Shown: positions 9,643 to 19,000, numbered from the stretch's first letter. The stretch is DNA of 64,000 nt from an uncultured virus (IMG/VR IMGVR_UViG_3300041809_001460) (IMGVR_UViG_3300041809_001460); one strand, 5' to 3'. The notes: a model not told the origin generated them from the letters alone. Program-made: numbers and translations.

Positions 9643-10442
9643 ACCTTGGCAAAATTGTTTTACTGACGCTATTCGGATCATCGGTCGGCTTCGCGCAGAC
9701 GACCCTCAGTAAGATCACGATTAAGGACATCACGATCCGGGAGCCTACGGCCGCTGCCCCCACATTTTCGCCTGCGGCTGGAGCGGTGTCGAATCCGACG
9801 ACGGTTACGGCTTCCTCGGTAAGCGGCTGCTCCTCCTACATCTACTTCGACACCAACTCGTCGCCTACGACAAAGCAGACCACCTACAGCGTGACGACGG
9901 CAGTGACGTTGTATGCTCAGATTCGAGGCTGCCCCGGCTTTCTGAACTCTTCGGTGAGCAGCGCAGCCTACACCATTACGATTCCTAACTTCGGTTATTC
10001 CGTTGTTGGGTCATCGAGCGCGTCATCATCGGGCTATCTCAACGGAAGCATCTTTACCGCGTCGGCTACGGCCAGCTATACGACTGTGCATTTGTACTGC
10101 TCGAGCACCGGCGGGACTGGCACGGCCCTTGTCGGCGTCTACAACTCCACATCGACGACGCCCTCGAACGAGAGCCAAGTCGGGTCCACATCCGGCACCA
10201 TAACCTGCCCTTCTACGGCCGGATGGGCCACAGCATCAATATCAGCATCTCTGACTTCCGGCACCCTCTATGCGCTAGCGGTTAGCGTTAGCGGGAGCAC
10301 GGTTCTAATCTATTGGGCCGGCTCCGGAGGAGCAGGTTTTCAAGCGACGTATGCCTACACCGGGAGCATGCCCAATCCGTTTCCAACATTCACCGGTGGA
10401 ACGGACTCGGACAACGATTCGCTTTATCTATCGAATCCGTAA
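9639..10442 (+). CDS. Signal-peptide-bearing protein 4 with Fn3-associated/CHB_HEX_C-like domain
   Basis: MNLGKIVLLTLFGSSVGFA|QT; AAPTFSPAAG...IYF...SSVSSAAYTI pattern. Confidence 0.75.
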   Translation: MNLGKIVLLTLFGSSVGFAQTTLSKITIKDITIREPTAAAPTFSPAAGAVSNPTTVTASSVSGCSSYIYFDTNSSPTTKQTTYSVTTAVTLYAQIRGCPGFLNSSVSSAAYTITIPNFGYSVVGSSSASSSGYLNGSIFTASATASYTTVHLYCSSTGGTGTALVGVYNSTSTTPSNESQVGSTSGTITCPSTAGWATASISASLTSGTLYALAVSVSGSTVLIYWAGSGGAGFQATYAYTGSMPNPFPTFTGGTDSDNDSLYLSNP

Positions 10443-10478
10443 GAGCAGCGACGTAGGCATCGCCTTTGCTCCTAGACC

Positions 10479-10522
10479 AGCTTGCTGTTGAGCACGCCCG
10501 ATGGCTGGGGCATTCTGACATC
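10479..10522 (+). promoter_or_regulatory. Putative late promoter, copy 2 (protease/scaffold; leaderless)
   Basis: AGCTTGCTGTTG at 10479, GGGG-CATTCT, ATG at +44 (10523). Confidence 0.75.
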
Positions 10523-11962
10523 ATGAGTCGCGGACTACAGCTTGTTGAGGCTTCGCTTAAAGCCGTTGAGGCTGGCGCTGGCCATCCCAACAAGATGCGC
10601 GTTCGCGGAATGCTTGTGCAGCTGGACACCCCCAGCAATAAGCCACCCAACGGCGCCCAGGGGCATCGCATTTTGGTGCCGATGGAAGTCGCCAAGCGAC
10701 GCCTGAAGACTTTGGTGGGGATGGGCCTGAACTACTCGCCCGACCTCGATGCGCACGCCCAGCGGCGTAAGGTGGGCGTGATCGACAAGGCCTGGATCGC
10801 GGGCAACGAATTGATGATCGAGGGTCATGTTTGGAAGCACGACTTCCCCGAGGCTGAGAAGGACCTGAAGCAGTCCGGGCTGGGCATGAGCATGGAGCTG
10901 GGAGAGGTTCGGGTAGACAACCCCAACGCCGATGTTTGGACCCTGGATGACTTTCAATTTTTAGGGGCAACTATCTTGTGGCGGAAATCCGCGGCCTACA
11001 ACAACACGCGGGCGATTGCGGCGCGAGCCGAGCAAAGGAGAGGAAGCATGTCGAAGACGGTGAATAAGACGGGGAAAGCGTCTCGCGAGCAAGGTGAGCG
11101 TGTGGCGCAGATCGCCGCCGAAGCTGCCGCTGGTGCTGTGCGTAAGGGCACCTCGAAGATTCTGGCGGTCCTCGAAACGCAGACGAATGCGCTGGCGGAA
11201 ATCACCGCCCAGCAAGAGGAGTTCGATAGCCGTCTTTCGGCGATCGAAACCGGAACCACCCACCTCAGCGCTGATGCCGACGATGATGTGAGCGCAGCCG
11301 GCAAGAAGGCGTCGAGCAGCACCACCACCTCCTCATCGACAGCGAGCGAGGATGGAGGCTGGAGCGCGGCTGAGGACGACGCTGCGGCGGCTGCCAAAGC
11401 CTCCAGCAGCACCACTTCCTCATCGACGGCAAGCGAGGATGTAGGCGCCGAGGGCGTGGACAAGGGCGACCTCGACGAGGAAGACACCGACCTTGGGCAG
11501 AAAGCTGGCCACGCCAACGAGGACGCAGAGAACCGCGGCAGCGATGGCGCCGAGGACGTTGTGAAGAAGGTCGGCTCTACCGTGTCGAGTGCGCGGATGC
11601 GGGCGCTGAAGACTGCTAACAAGCAGCTACAGCGGCAGCTTGCAGCCAGCCAGCAACAGATCGCGAAGCTGGAGCACAAGCTGGGCCACAAGATCGAGAA
11701 GCTGCAGGCGCAGGTGACCGACGCTGCTCAGAGAATGAGCCGCAGGTCGCTCTCACCTGAGATCACGGCGATGATGGCCAAGGCCAACATCGATCCGGTT
11801 GACATGTTCCGCTCCGGCAGCAAGCTGAGTGTGGCTGAGGTGGACGGTGTTATCAGCTCCAGCGGCATTCCCATGAATCCGGTGGACCGGGTCGCCTGGA
11901 AACAGGCTTTTCTCCACGCTGGTCTGATGGACGAGGGCCGTGTGGAGCGTAGCCCCCGCTAG
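10523..11962 (+). CDS. Prohead protease / scaffold fusion
   Basis: Directly upstream of the capsid gene; protease-like N-terminal domain (DAH...KVGVIDKAWI...GMSMEL...FLGATIL), then acidic low-complexity and coiled-coil region. Confidence 0.7.
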   Translation: MSRGLQLVEASLKAVEAGAGHPNKMRVRGMLVQLDTPSNKPPNGAQGHRILVPMEVAKRRLKTLVGMGLNYSPDLDAHAQRRKVGVIDKAWIAGNELMIEGHVWKHDFPEAEKDLKQSGLGMSMELGEVRVDNPNADVWTLDDFQFLGATILWRKSAAYNNTRAIAARAEQRRGSMSKTVNKTGKASREQGERVAQIAAEAAAGAVRKGTSKILAVLETQTNALAEITAQQEEFDSRLSAIETGTTHLSADADDDVSAAGKKASSSTTTSSSTASEDGGWSAAEDDAAAAAKASSSTTSSSTASEDVGAEGVDKGDLDEEDTDLGQKAGHANEDAENRGSDGAEDVVKKVGSTVSSARMRALKTANKQLQRQLAASQQQIAKLEHKLGHKIEKLQAQVTDAAQRMSRRSLSPEITAMMAKANIDPVDMFRSGSKLSVAEVDGVISSSGIPMNPVDRVAWKQAFLHAGLMDEGRVERSPR

Positions 11963-11998
11963 TAGGTTGGCGGACATCAACAGGAAGGAGACTTGAAT

Positions 11999-13057
11999 AT
12001 GAAAGGCGTTGCGCAATTTGTTGATCCGTCAAACAGCCCAGTTCTGACCGCGATTATGGCGGCGGGAAGGGGCCGGAGTGCCGAAGGTGTAGGCAATATC
12101 TCGGCTGCGGCGGATTACCTGGCTCCCGGCGCGATTGAAGTGAATCGGTACGCGACGGAAATCGTGGACATGGTGCGGAGGCGTTTCGTGCTCGGCCAAC
12201 GCATCAACCAGACGCTGGCAACCGGCCAGCCTCACCGCTACTTCGAGCAGATTGCAATTCCGTCTGCTGTGCCGGCGAACCCGCGGGCTTTGACCACCAC
12301 CGCATCTCAACCCGTAAGGCAAGAGCGCGTGGTTGGCCTCAAGGCCATCACCGCGCAGATCAACTACGGGCTGTTCGATGTGGAGATCAACCAGCAGCAG
12401 GGCCAATTCGCCTACCTCGAGGCGAAGGACCTCACCGACACCGTGGACGGCGTGCTCAAGCTGCACGACTCGACGTTGTGGACCGGTAACGACACCGATC
12501 TGTTTATCGCTACCAGCACCCAGTATTACGGCATCAGCGGCCAGATTTTGGCTGGCGCTGCCTCTTCGCTGGGACTTGGAGCGGTGTCGATCCCGGCCAG
12601 CGGTTCGCTGGTGGATGGATACAAGACCGCGGTGGCTGCGATGGCCAATCGGCAGGACTTTGAAGTACGGCCGACCGCCATCTACGGCAACCCCACGCTG
12701 CTCAACCTGTTCGACCAGGAAGTTTACGACAACAACCGCCAGCTGTTCTACAACCAGACAGAGGTGCTGCCGGGCGTCGTAGTGAATGGACTGCCGACGC
12801 AGGTGGGCATTCTGCCTCTGGTAAGCGACTCAGCTCTGGTGAACATCAGCGCTGGCGGCGGCAAGAACCAGTACACCGGGTTCATTCTCTCCGATGTGGA
12901 CATGATCAAGTATGCGTACTTGACCGACCCGCTGCCGAGAGTCTTCCAACTCGGGTTGCTGGGCAACCTCAGCTCGCAGTACGTGGTGGTGAAGTTCGGT
13001 GCCCCGTTTGTCGAGGGACCGGGCTACGCGCACCAGGCTGTGCTGACCATCCGGTAA
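11999..13057 (+). CDS. Major capsid protein (HK97-fold)
   Basis: Strong AGGAAGGAG RBS, 352 aa, follows the protease/scaffold and is followed by a terminator; LWTGND...YYGI and PTAIYGNP segments. Confidence 0.8.
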   Translation: MKGVAQFVDPSNSPVLTAIMAAGRGRSAEGVGNISAAADYLAPGAIEVNRYATEIVDMVRRRFVLGQRINQTLATGQPHRYFEQIAIPSAVPANPRALTTTASQPVRQERVVGLKAITAQINYGLFDVEINQQQGQFAYLEAKDLTDTVDGVLKLHDSTLWTGNDTDLFIATSTQYYGISGQILAGAASSLGLGAVSIPASGSLVDGYKTAVAAMANRQDFEVRPTAIYGNPTLLNLFDQEVYDNNRQLFYNQTEVLPGVVVNGLPTQVGILPLVSDSALVNISAGGGKNQYTGFILSDVDMIKYAYLTDPLPRVFQLGLLGNLSSQYVVVKFGAPFVEGPGYAHQAVLTIR

Positions 13058-13076
13058 GAGCAGCGGTAGTGAGTGT

Positions 13077-13105
13077 AAAGCCCCGGGCTTAGGCTCGGGG
13101 CTTTT
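13077..13105 (+). terminator. Intrinsic terminator after the capsid gene
   Basis: AAAGCCCCGGGC-TTAG-GCTCGGGGCTTTT. Confidence 0.8.
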
Positions 13106-13119
13106 GCTTAGGAGAGCTG

Positions 13120-13389
13120 ATGAACGTCGCTGACCTAATTGCGATACGCTCCCTCAAAGTTGACCAATCCCACATCAAGGGTGAGGCTGGGACCGGCTAC
13201 GAGCCGCCCGGCAAGAAGGGACCGTTCCGGTGTGACAACTGCGAATACTTTTCCGGCCCCGGCGGCAATACCTGCGGGCAGCGGACGATGATGAAGCTGT
13301 CCAAGCAGCCGCGGGTGAACAGTGGGCGCGTGATTGTCGATCCAGCTGGATGCTGTGAGATGATTTCGCGTATAGGGAAAGTGAAATGA
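13120..13389 (+). CDS. Small Cys-rich protein with HiPIP-like Cys spacing
   Basis: AGGAG RBS; RCDNCEYF...TCG...VDPAGCCEM. Confidence 0.65.
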   Translation: MNVADLIAIRSLKVDQSHIKGEAGTGYEPPGKKGPFRCDNCEYFSGPGGNTCGQRTMMKLSKQPRVNSGRVIVDPAGCCEMISRIGKVK

Positions 13390-13440
13390 AGGCTGCTACG
13401 CATTGCCCGCAAGACCAACCACTGAACAAGGAGCCAATAC

Positions 13441-13611
13441 ATGTCATTTGTGATCGACAACTCGAAGGTTGAGGAGCTACTCAAGTCAAGCAGTCCGCCT
13501 TACGCGCTTACTTACTCTCCAATGGTGAGCGAAAACTACAACGCAGAGCCTGTTTATGCTGATCTTCCGACATGCGAGACATGCGCAGATGATCCGCTTA
13601 CTGTGGAATGA
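13441..13611 (+). CDS. Small hypothetical protein (56 aa; below the ORF-track cut-off)
   Basis: AAGGAG RBS; MSFVIDNSKVEELL...CETCADDPLTVE. Confidence 0.5.
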   Translation: MSFVIDNSKVEELLKSSSPPYALTYSPMVSENYNAEPVYADLPTCETCADDPLTVE

Positions 13612-13674
13612 TCGCGACCTATATTGACTCTGGCGTTCGGGCAAGTACGGCCGTGATTGATCGTGTCGGGTAGG

Positions 13675-13718
13675 AGCTTGCTGTTGGCCTAGGAGCGACC
13701 AAGGGGCAATCTATGGGT
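13675..13718 (+). promoter_or_regulatory. Putative late promoter, copy 3 (polyprotein; leaderless)
   Basis: AGCTTGCTGTTG at 13675, GGGG-CAATCT, in-frame ATG at +44 (13719). Confidence 0.75.
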
Positions 13719-16700
13719 ATGGCCCTATCCTCGAGCGCCGCGGCCTCCCTACGGTCAAACCCGTTCGACCTTGAGCTGCTCCAAGCGCAGGTTGCGGCTG
13801 ATCTGGAAGCCTTTGATCCTGATGAGGAACGTGATCCTCACGGCCGCTGGGTTCGTGGGATGCCCGAGCAGGGCGAGCTGTTCGAGAAATACCAGCAAAA
13901 GCAGTCGGACCGTATTGCGCAGGTGCTAAAGCGGGCTGCCGCCGACAAGAGAGTAGCCCAGGCCGCGCAGGAAGCTGCTACGAGGGGTGACGCCCGCAAT
14001 GATCCTGGTGTGACCACAGACGGACAGCACTACACTCCGCAGACCGACGACTTCAACAAGAGAGTGGCTGAAAGCTTTCTCGATCCCAAAGCCAAAGTGC
14101 CGGAGGGCAAGCAGCCGATCGCTGTGTTCATGCTGGGTAAGCCTGGAGCCGGTAAGAGTGCGATGATGGGGTCGTTGCGGGACAAGCTGCCGCCGATGGT
14201 GAACATCAACGCTGACGATGTGATGGACAAGCTGCCTGGGTACAAGGGGACCTTGGCCCAGGCCTATCATGAGTGGGGGTGCGACGTAGCGCGCCACTAT
14301 CTCACGCCTGAGGCTTTGACCGGACACTACAACGTCAACTTTGATATGACCGACAATGTGTCTCGGCTGGAGCGGACCGCGCAAGAGTGCAAGCTGATGG
14401 GGTATCGGATTGTGGTGCTGCACGCGGATGTAGACACCGCGACCTCGGTCGAAAGAGCCTACAATAGATTTGTTGTCAAAGGGCGCTACGTTCCGCTTGA
14501 TGTGGTCAAGAGCTACGGCGAGCGGCCGAAGCAAGCCTACGACCACATCAAGGCCAGCGGCATCGCTGATGAATGGAGGGAGTATGACACAACCGACGCA
14601 GGACTCGGACGAGCACGTGGCGGAGCGCCAGTCAGAGCAAGACTTGTCGAATCCGGCTACCGCACCCCTGGGCCGGTACTCATCGGAGCCGAGCGAAGCC
14701 TGGGCACAGGCGCTGGAAGAGGGCGTTCACACCGCCTATCTCGACTGGCGCAAGAAACATCCCGAGCAAAAGTAGCGCTGCTGCAGGCTGCCAACGAGCT
14801 TGGAGTGCTGGCCTACAGCGACGACGAGGCTCGTGATGCTCATGGGGAATGGACTCGAGGCGATAGCGTAGAGGATTCCTATCAGGTGCTTGGGGAGCTG
14901 GGGAAGCGTGGGAAGAGCGCCGCGCTTATAACCGGCACCGGCAAGATTGGGATTGGAGATTCGCATCCTCATGTCGCCAATTCGCTGGGATACGGGGATA
15001 AGAATGACCCATTTGGCGTGGACTGGGACCGCTTTTACGCTGATGGCGGCGTGCTTGTTCGGTATCGGCCATACAACGTGGACGTGAGTTTTGGAAGCCC
15101 CAACGAGGAAGACATGGATCGGGTGCGGAGCATCCTCGATGCCGTGCCTAATTCCGATGGAAATCACTACACGATGGACTACTTTCAGCCTGGAGCGGAC
15201 GGTAGATTCGCTATGGGCGATAAGCAGAACGTACTGCGGGCGATGAACCGCTGGCAGCGTGGGCTTGCTGGAGCGGGTGTGCAAGCCTACTCCGAAGACG
15301 AAGAGCGCGACGATCACGGCCGCTGGACCTCCGGCATGGACGCGAATCTGAAAGCGCTGTCCCGGACCGCTAAGGGCGAAGAGAGGCATTCAGACCGCCC
15401 CGGCCTGGCGAAGTCCGGGCAGGAGTTGGCCGACAAAGCCACCGACAATTTCCATAAAGCTGCCGAGTGGGTGTGGCAGAACCGCGAACTCGAGATGGAC
15501 CGCAGCAATCTCCCCTACATCGTGACCAAGATCGGCGACATGGTGAATGAGGGGCTGCTGAAGCCCGGCCAGAGCTTATGGCGCAATTATGAAGACCCCA
15601 AGCTGCACTACCCACCGGCCTCTGAGATCAAGGGTCTGATGCAGAACTTCTATTCCGAGCTGGCCCACCGGATCAAGTCTGGAGACGATCCTAAGGGCAT
15701 CGCCGCCTGGGCCGAGCACGAGTTCAACGTGAAGATTCACCCGTTTTCGGATGGCATGGGCCGGGCTACGCAGCTGCTCAGCGGCATGATCCTGTTGCAG
15801 AAGGGGCATGACCTGCCGAAGTACGAAGGCCGCGACAGCTTCTACAAAAACATGACCGGGCCTGATTGGGAGAAATACTACCGCGGCCTGTTCGGGGTCG
15901 AAGCATATAGCCCCGATGAAGAGCGTGATTCTCACGGTGAATGGACGAGTGGCGGGATTGTTTATCACGGCACCAGCTCTGCTGCTTTGAAGCAGATCGC
16001 CAAAGAAGGACTGATCCCAGGTAAAGGACAAGGCGGCGACGCGTGGGCCAGGAAGTTTGGACGTGAAAGGGGTATGGGGTCGGCTCCAGCCGAGATGCTG
16101 GGGAGGGCCAAGAGCATATTCTTCACACGCGACCGGATCAACATGGTGAACTTTGCTGCGGCCGCGGCAGAGGTGAACAAGGGATCGCTTCCTGTCATTC
16201 TTAAAGTGAACCTGCCAGCTGATGTGGCGAAGAAGATGAAGCAAGACGAGTTCAGCGGCCCCGGGAACTGGCGCTACACACATACCATTCCTGCAAAATA
16301 CATCACCGCCTACAGGCCTGCCACGAAATTTGAGGGTGGTTACTTCCCGCCTGCTGAGGGAACAACCTGGGGTAAATGGAAGAAGTTCGACCCGAGCCAA
16401 CTGGCGGCATCCGGCACCGTTACGTTCTACACCTTCATTCTTTGCCATCCCGGATTGGAAGCCTACAGTCCCGACGAAGCGCGCGACGCCCACGGCCGCT
16501 GGGGCAACAGCGGCGACGCTCCTGAGAAATGGATCGGCTTTGACCTCGACGGGACCTTGGCCCACTACGAACATTGGGAGGGACCGGGGAAGATTGGCGC
16601 GCCGCTCAAGGACACTGAAGTTTGGAAAGCGCTCGAGGATCACCTGGCTGCTGGAGATCATGTCAAGATTATGACCGCTCGCGTGGCCCACGATCCCGGC

Positions 16701-18890
16701 GGCGTGGAGCGCAAAGCTATTCAGGCCTGGTGCAAGAAGCGCATCGGCCGCGTCCTGCCGATCACCAGCGTAAAGGACCAGGGGCTGACCAAGCTGTACG
16801 ACGACCGCGCCGTGGCTGTGGCCAAGAACAGCGGCAAGCTGCTGAACGATCCGACGAAGATCAAAGCCAGGGCTGTAGAAAAGACTGGATGCGTCGCCTG
16901 CGAGCGTGGCGATTGCGAAATGCACGGATACAGCCCTGATGAAGAGCGAAATGCTCACGGTGAGTGGAGCCAAGGGGGCGACGAAGAAAAAGACCTGACA
17001 CCGCAGCAGACCGAGCAGGAGATGCTGAATCTTTATCACGGCACCGCCTCCGACGCGCTGCGTTCGATTGCCAGAGAAGGGCTGGTTCCGGGTAAGGGAC
17101 AGGGAGGAGATGCAGCGGCGATTGCTGCTGGACTGCACGGGATTGCTGTGCATTCGCTGATAGCGCGCCCGAAAAGCACTTATTTTACGACTTCAGAAAG
17201 GGACGCCAAGTTTTTCGCTATGATCGCCGCTGCTGTCAACCCTGGATCGAAGCCCGTGGTATTGCAGGTGCGCGTGCCCCGCGCGCTAGCCGACACGTTC
17301 AAGGCTGACGAGCTGAACAAGCTGGACGGGGTAGCGCTGCGTGATGAAAAGCCGCTCCCTCCCAAATACATCGCCGCTTATCAGACGCCGCCGATGGAAT
17401 GGACGCCCAGCGGTTCCAGCATAGAACAGATTGTGAACCGCTGGAACAGTTCCTGGAAGAGATTCAGCCCAAGCGTGTTTGCTGCTGCCGATGGCTACGT
17501 GACCTATTACAGCTTCATCCTGCATCATCCCGGCGACGTGGAGGCTTACTCTGACGACGAGGAGCGGGATGAGCGTGGGCGCTGGGTGAAGGTCGGCTCC
17601 GAGCTTTTTGTTTCGCCTAACACCGGCGAATCGACCTTGGACGAGGCACTGAGCGAGATGAACAGCGACCGGCAGAAGAGCTTCATTGGACTGAGCAATC
17701 GTGTGGTGGGAGCCGTTGCCCGTTCCAGCGCTGTTCATTCTGCGATCGGCGTCTGGGCTGACGGCGCTGAGACCTCAGCTAGCATTGACCTGCCGAAGAG
17801 TGTTGACGCCGACACCAGCCGCTACATCGGCGCGCTGCTGGCCAAGGCCGCTGCGCAGAAGGCCTATCTGAATTTCGTGCGCGATCCACAGGGCAGCAAC
17901 CTACTTTACGAGTGCAAGACTGGTGACGATCTGGGTACTATAAACAAGAAGCTGACCGCTGCTGGGATTGGTTTTCATACCATGATCCCTGGTGGGGGTG
18001 GAACCGAAGTCCGGGTGTTCGATGCCGACGGCTCCCAGGCTGCAAAGATGGAGTCCTTCGCCAAGGACAACGATCTGCATGTCGAGGTCAGCCGCGGCAC
18101 CGGAACCTTTGTGGGGAGTGAAGAAAGCCGTGAAGAAGGAGCTAACGAGTATGACCAAATCATCCAGCGGTACGAGCGAGAACACCCCGACAAAGCCTAT
18201 CGAGATTCCCTCCAGTTTCGAGGATGTGACGAGCAAGGGCGGAACCGTGGTGATTGTGGGAGGAGTGCCTACGCCCAAGAAGAAATCTTCACCCTCGATC
18301 TAGGAGCGTTAGAGGAGCGCATTCACGCCGCCATTTCGACTGCTGAAGTGGTGAGGCGCATCCGTGGTCTTAGGACCGTCCCCGAACCCAAAGGCAAGTG
18401 GTCTACGATGCGGCGGGCCAAGCAGCGCCGCTACAACACCGCGTCCGTGTGGAAAGAGAATCCCATGACCCGCATCGACAAGCCTGCCGATGCTGAGGCC
18501 TTCAAGCGCCTGCCGGTCAAGATACGCGATCACATTGTTGACACCGCGCCGCTGCGGACCTTCAACCCGAAAGACCTCAAGAGCAATCAGCCTGCTGTGT
18601 ATCAGGCCGACCTCGAGCACTTTGCTCATCACGGCCACGATCCTGAGCCTGTGATTGTTCTGAAGACGCGAGTTGGGTTGTACGTTCACAACGGCAATCA
18701 CCGCGCGACCGTAGCCATGCTCTCGGGCCGCCGCATCAAAGCCAGGTATGTCGATCTCAGCAAGGTCAAGGAAATTCAGGCTATGATCCCAATAATTGAC
18801 GGTATGCTGGAGGCGAGGAACATCTTCGCGCCCGAGGAATCGGCTGGGCGCAGGTTGTCATTGGCGGTGAATCTGGCGGTGGAGCAATGA
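13719..18890 (+). CDS. Polyvalent multi-effector polyprotein: zeta-like P-loop kinase, unknown, Fic, ART/Tpt1-like x2, HAD-like, unknown and ParB-like modules separated by a repeated leader
   Basis: GKPGAGKS+INADD; HPFSDGMGR; YHGT...EGL.P twice; WIGFDLDGTLA; NGNHRA; seven copies of the xxAYSxDExRDxHGxW leader. Confidence 0.85.
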   Translation: MALSSSAAASLRSNPFDLELLQAQVAADLEAFDPDEERDPHGRWVRGMPEQGELFEKYQQKQSDRIAQVLKRAAADKRVAQAAQEAATRGDARNDPGVTTDGQHYTPQTDDFNKRVAESFLDPKAKVPEGKQPIAVFMLGKPGAGKSAMMGSLRDKLPPMVNINADDVMDKLPGYKGTLAQAYHEWGCDVARHYLTPEALTGHYNVNFDMTDNVSRLERTAQECKLMGYRIVVLHADVDTATSVERAYNRFVVKGRYVPLDVVKSYGERPKQAYDHIKASGIADEWREYDTTDAGLGRARGGAPVRARLVESGYRTPGPVLIGAERSLGTGAGRGRSHRLSRLAQETSRAKVALLQAANELGVLAYSDDEARDAHGEWTRGDSVEDSYQVLGELGKRGKSAALITGTGKIGIGDSHPHVANSLGYGDKNDPFGVDWDRFYADGGVLVRYRPYNVDVSFGSPNEEDMDRVRSILDAVPNSDGNHYTMDYFQPGADGRFAMGDKQNVLRAMNRWQRGLAGAGVQAYSEDEERDDHGRWTSGMDANLKALSRTAKGEERHSDRPGLAKSGQELADKATDNFHKAAEWVWQNRELEMDRSNLPYIVTKIGDMVNEGLLKPGQSLWRNYEDPKLHYPPASEIKGLMQNFYSELAHRIKSGDDPKGIAAWAEHEFNVKIHPFSDGMGRATQLLSGMILLQKGHDLPKYEGRDSFYKNMTGPDWEKYYRGLFGVEAYSPDEERDSHGEWTSGGIVYHGTSSAALKQIAKEGLIPGKGQGGDAWARKFGRERGMGSAPAEMLGRAKSIFFTRDRINMVNFAAAAAEVNKGSLPVILKVNLPADVAKKMKQDEFSGPGNWRYTHTIPAKYITAYRPATKFEGGYFPPAEGTTWGKWKKFDPSQLAASGTVTFYTFILCHPGLEAYSPDEARDAHGRWGNSGDAPEKWIGFDLDGTLAHYEHWEGPGKIGAPLKDTEVWKALEDHLAAGDHVKIMTARVAHDPGGVERKAIQAWCKKRIGRVLPITSVKDQGLTKLYDDRAVAVAKNSGKLLNDPTKIKARAVEKTGCVACERGDCEMHGYSPDEERNAHGEWSQGGDEEKDLTPQQTEQEMLNLYHGTASDALRSIAREGLVPGKGQGGDAAAIAAGLHGIAVHSLIARPKSTYFTTSERDAKFFAMIAAAVNPGSKPVVLQVRVPRALADTFKADELNKLDGVALRDEKPLPPKYIAAYQTPPMEWTPSGSSIEQIVNRWNSSWKRFSPSVFAAADGYVTYYSFILHHPGDVEAYSDDEERDERGRWVKVGSELFVSPNTGESTLDEALSEMNSDRQKSFIGLSNRVVGAVARSSAVHSAIGVWADGAETSASIDLPKSVDADTSRYIGALLAKAAAQKAYLNFVRDPQGSNLLYECKTGDDLGTINKKLTAAGIGFHTMIPGGGGTEVRVFDADGSQAAKMESFAKDNDLHVEVSRGTGTFVGSEESREEGANEYDQIIQRYEREHPDKAYRDSLQFRGCDEQGRNRGDCGRSAYAQEEIFTLDLGALEERIHAAISTAEVVRRIRGLRTVPEPKGKWSTMRRAKQRRYNTASVWKENPMTRIDKPADAEAFKRLPVKIRDHIVDTAPLRTFNPKDLKSNQPAVYQADLEHFAHHGHDPEPVIVLKTRVGLYVHNGNHRATVAMLSGRRIKARYVDLSKVKEIQAMIPIIDGMLEARNIFAPEESAGRRLSLAVNLAVEQ

Positions 18891-19000
18891 GTCTTGCTGC
18901 GATGGTAGAGGGTCTGGCACGGGACGCTGTCGAGGCCGCGCTGCGTGCGATCGAGGCTTGGAACGAGCAGGACCACCCGCGTGATGATCACGGCCGCTTC
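13803..19000 (+). repeat. Dispersed peptide-level repeat (8 copies) of the module leader
   Basis: Copies begin at ~13803, 14805, 15279, 15897, 16455, 16920 and 17538, plus 18950 in the next gene (IEAWNEQDHPRDDHGRF). Confidence 0.9.

Noticed and set aside
11311..11440. SSSTTTSSSTASED duplication in the scaffold region
   Set aside because: Ordinary low-complexity linker duplication.
13386..13472. Short ORF MKAATHCPQDQPL resembling an HNH C-terminal THCPxGH motif
   Set aside because: Only 28 aa and overlaps a better-supported ORF; at most a remnant.
13803..17585. Regularly recurring repeats as a possible CRISPR array or DGR
   Set aside because: Repeats are conserved only at peptide level, lie in frame in one ORF and are 460-1000 nt apart; no cas or reverse transcriptase gene is visible.
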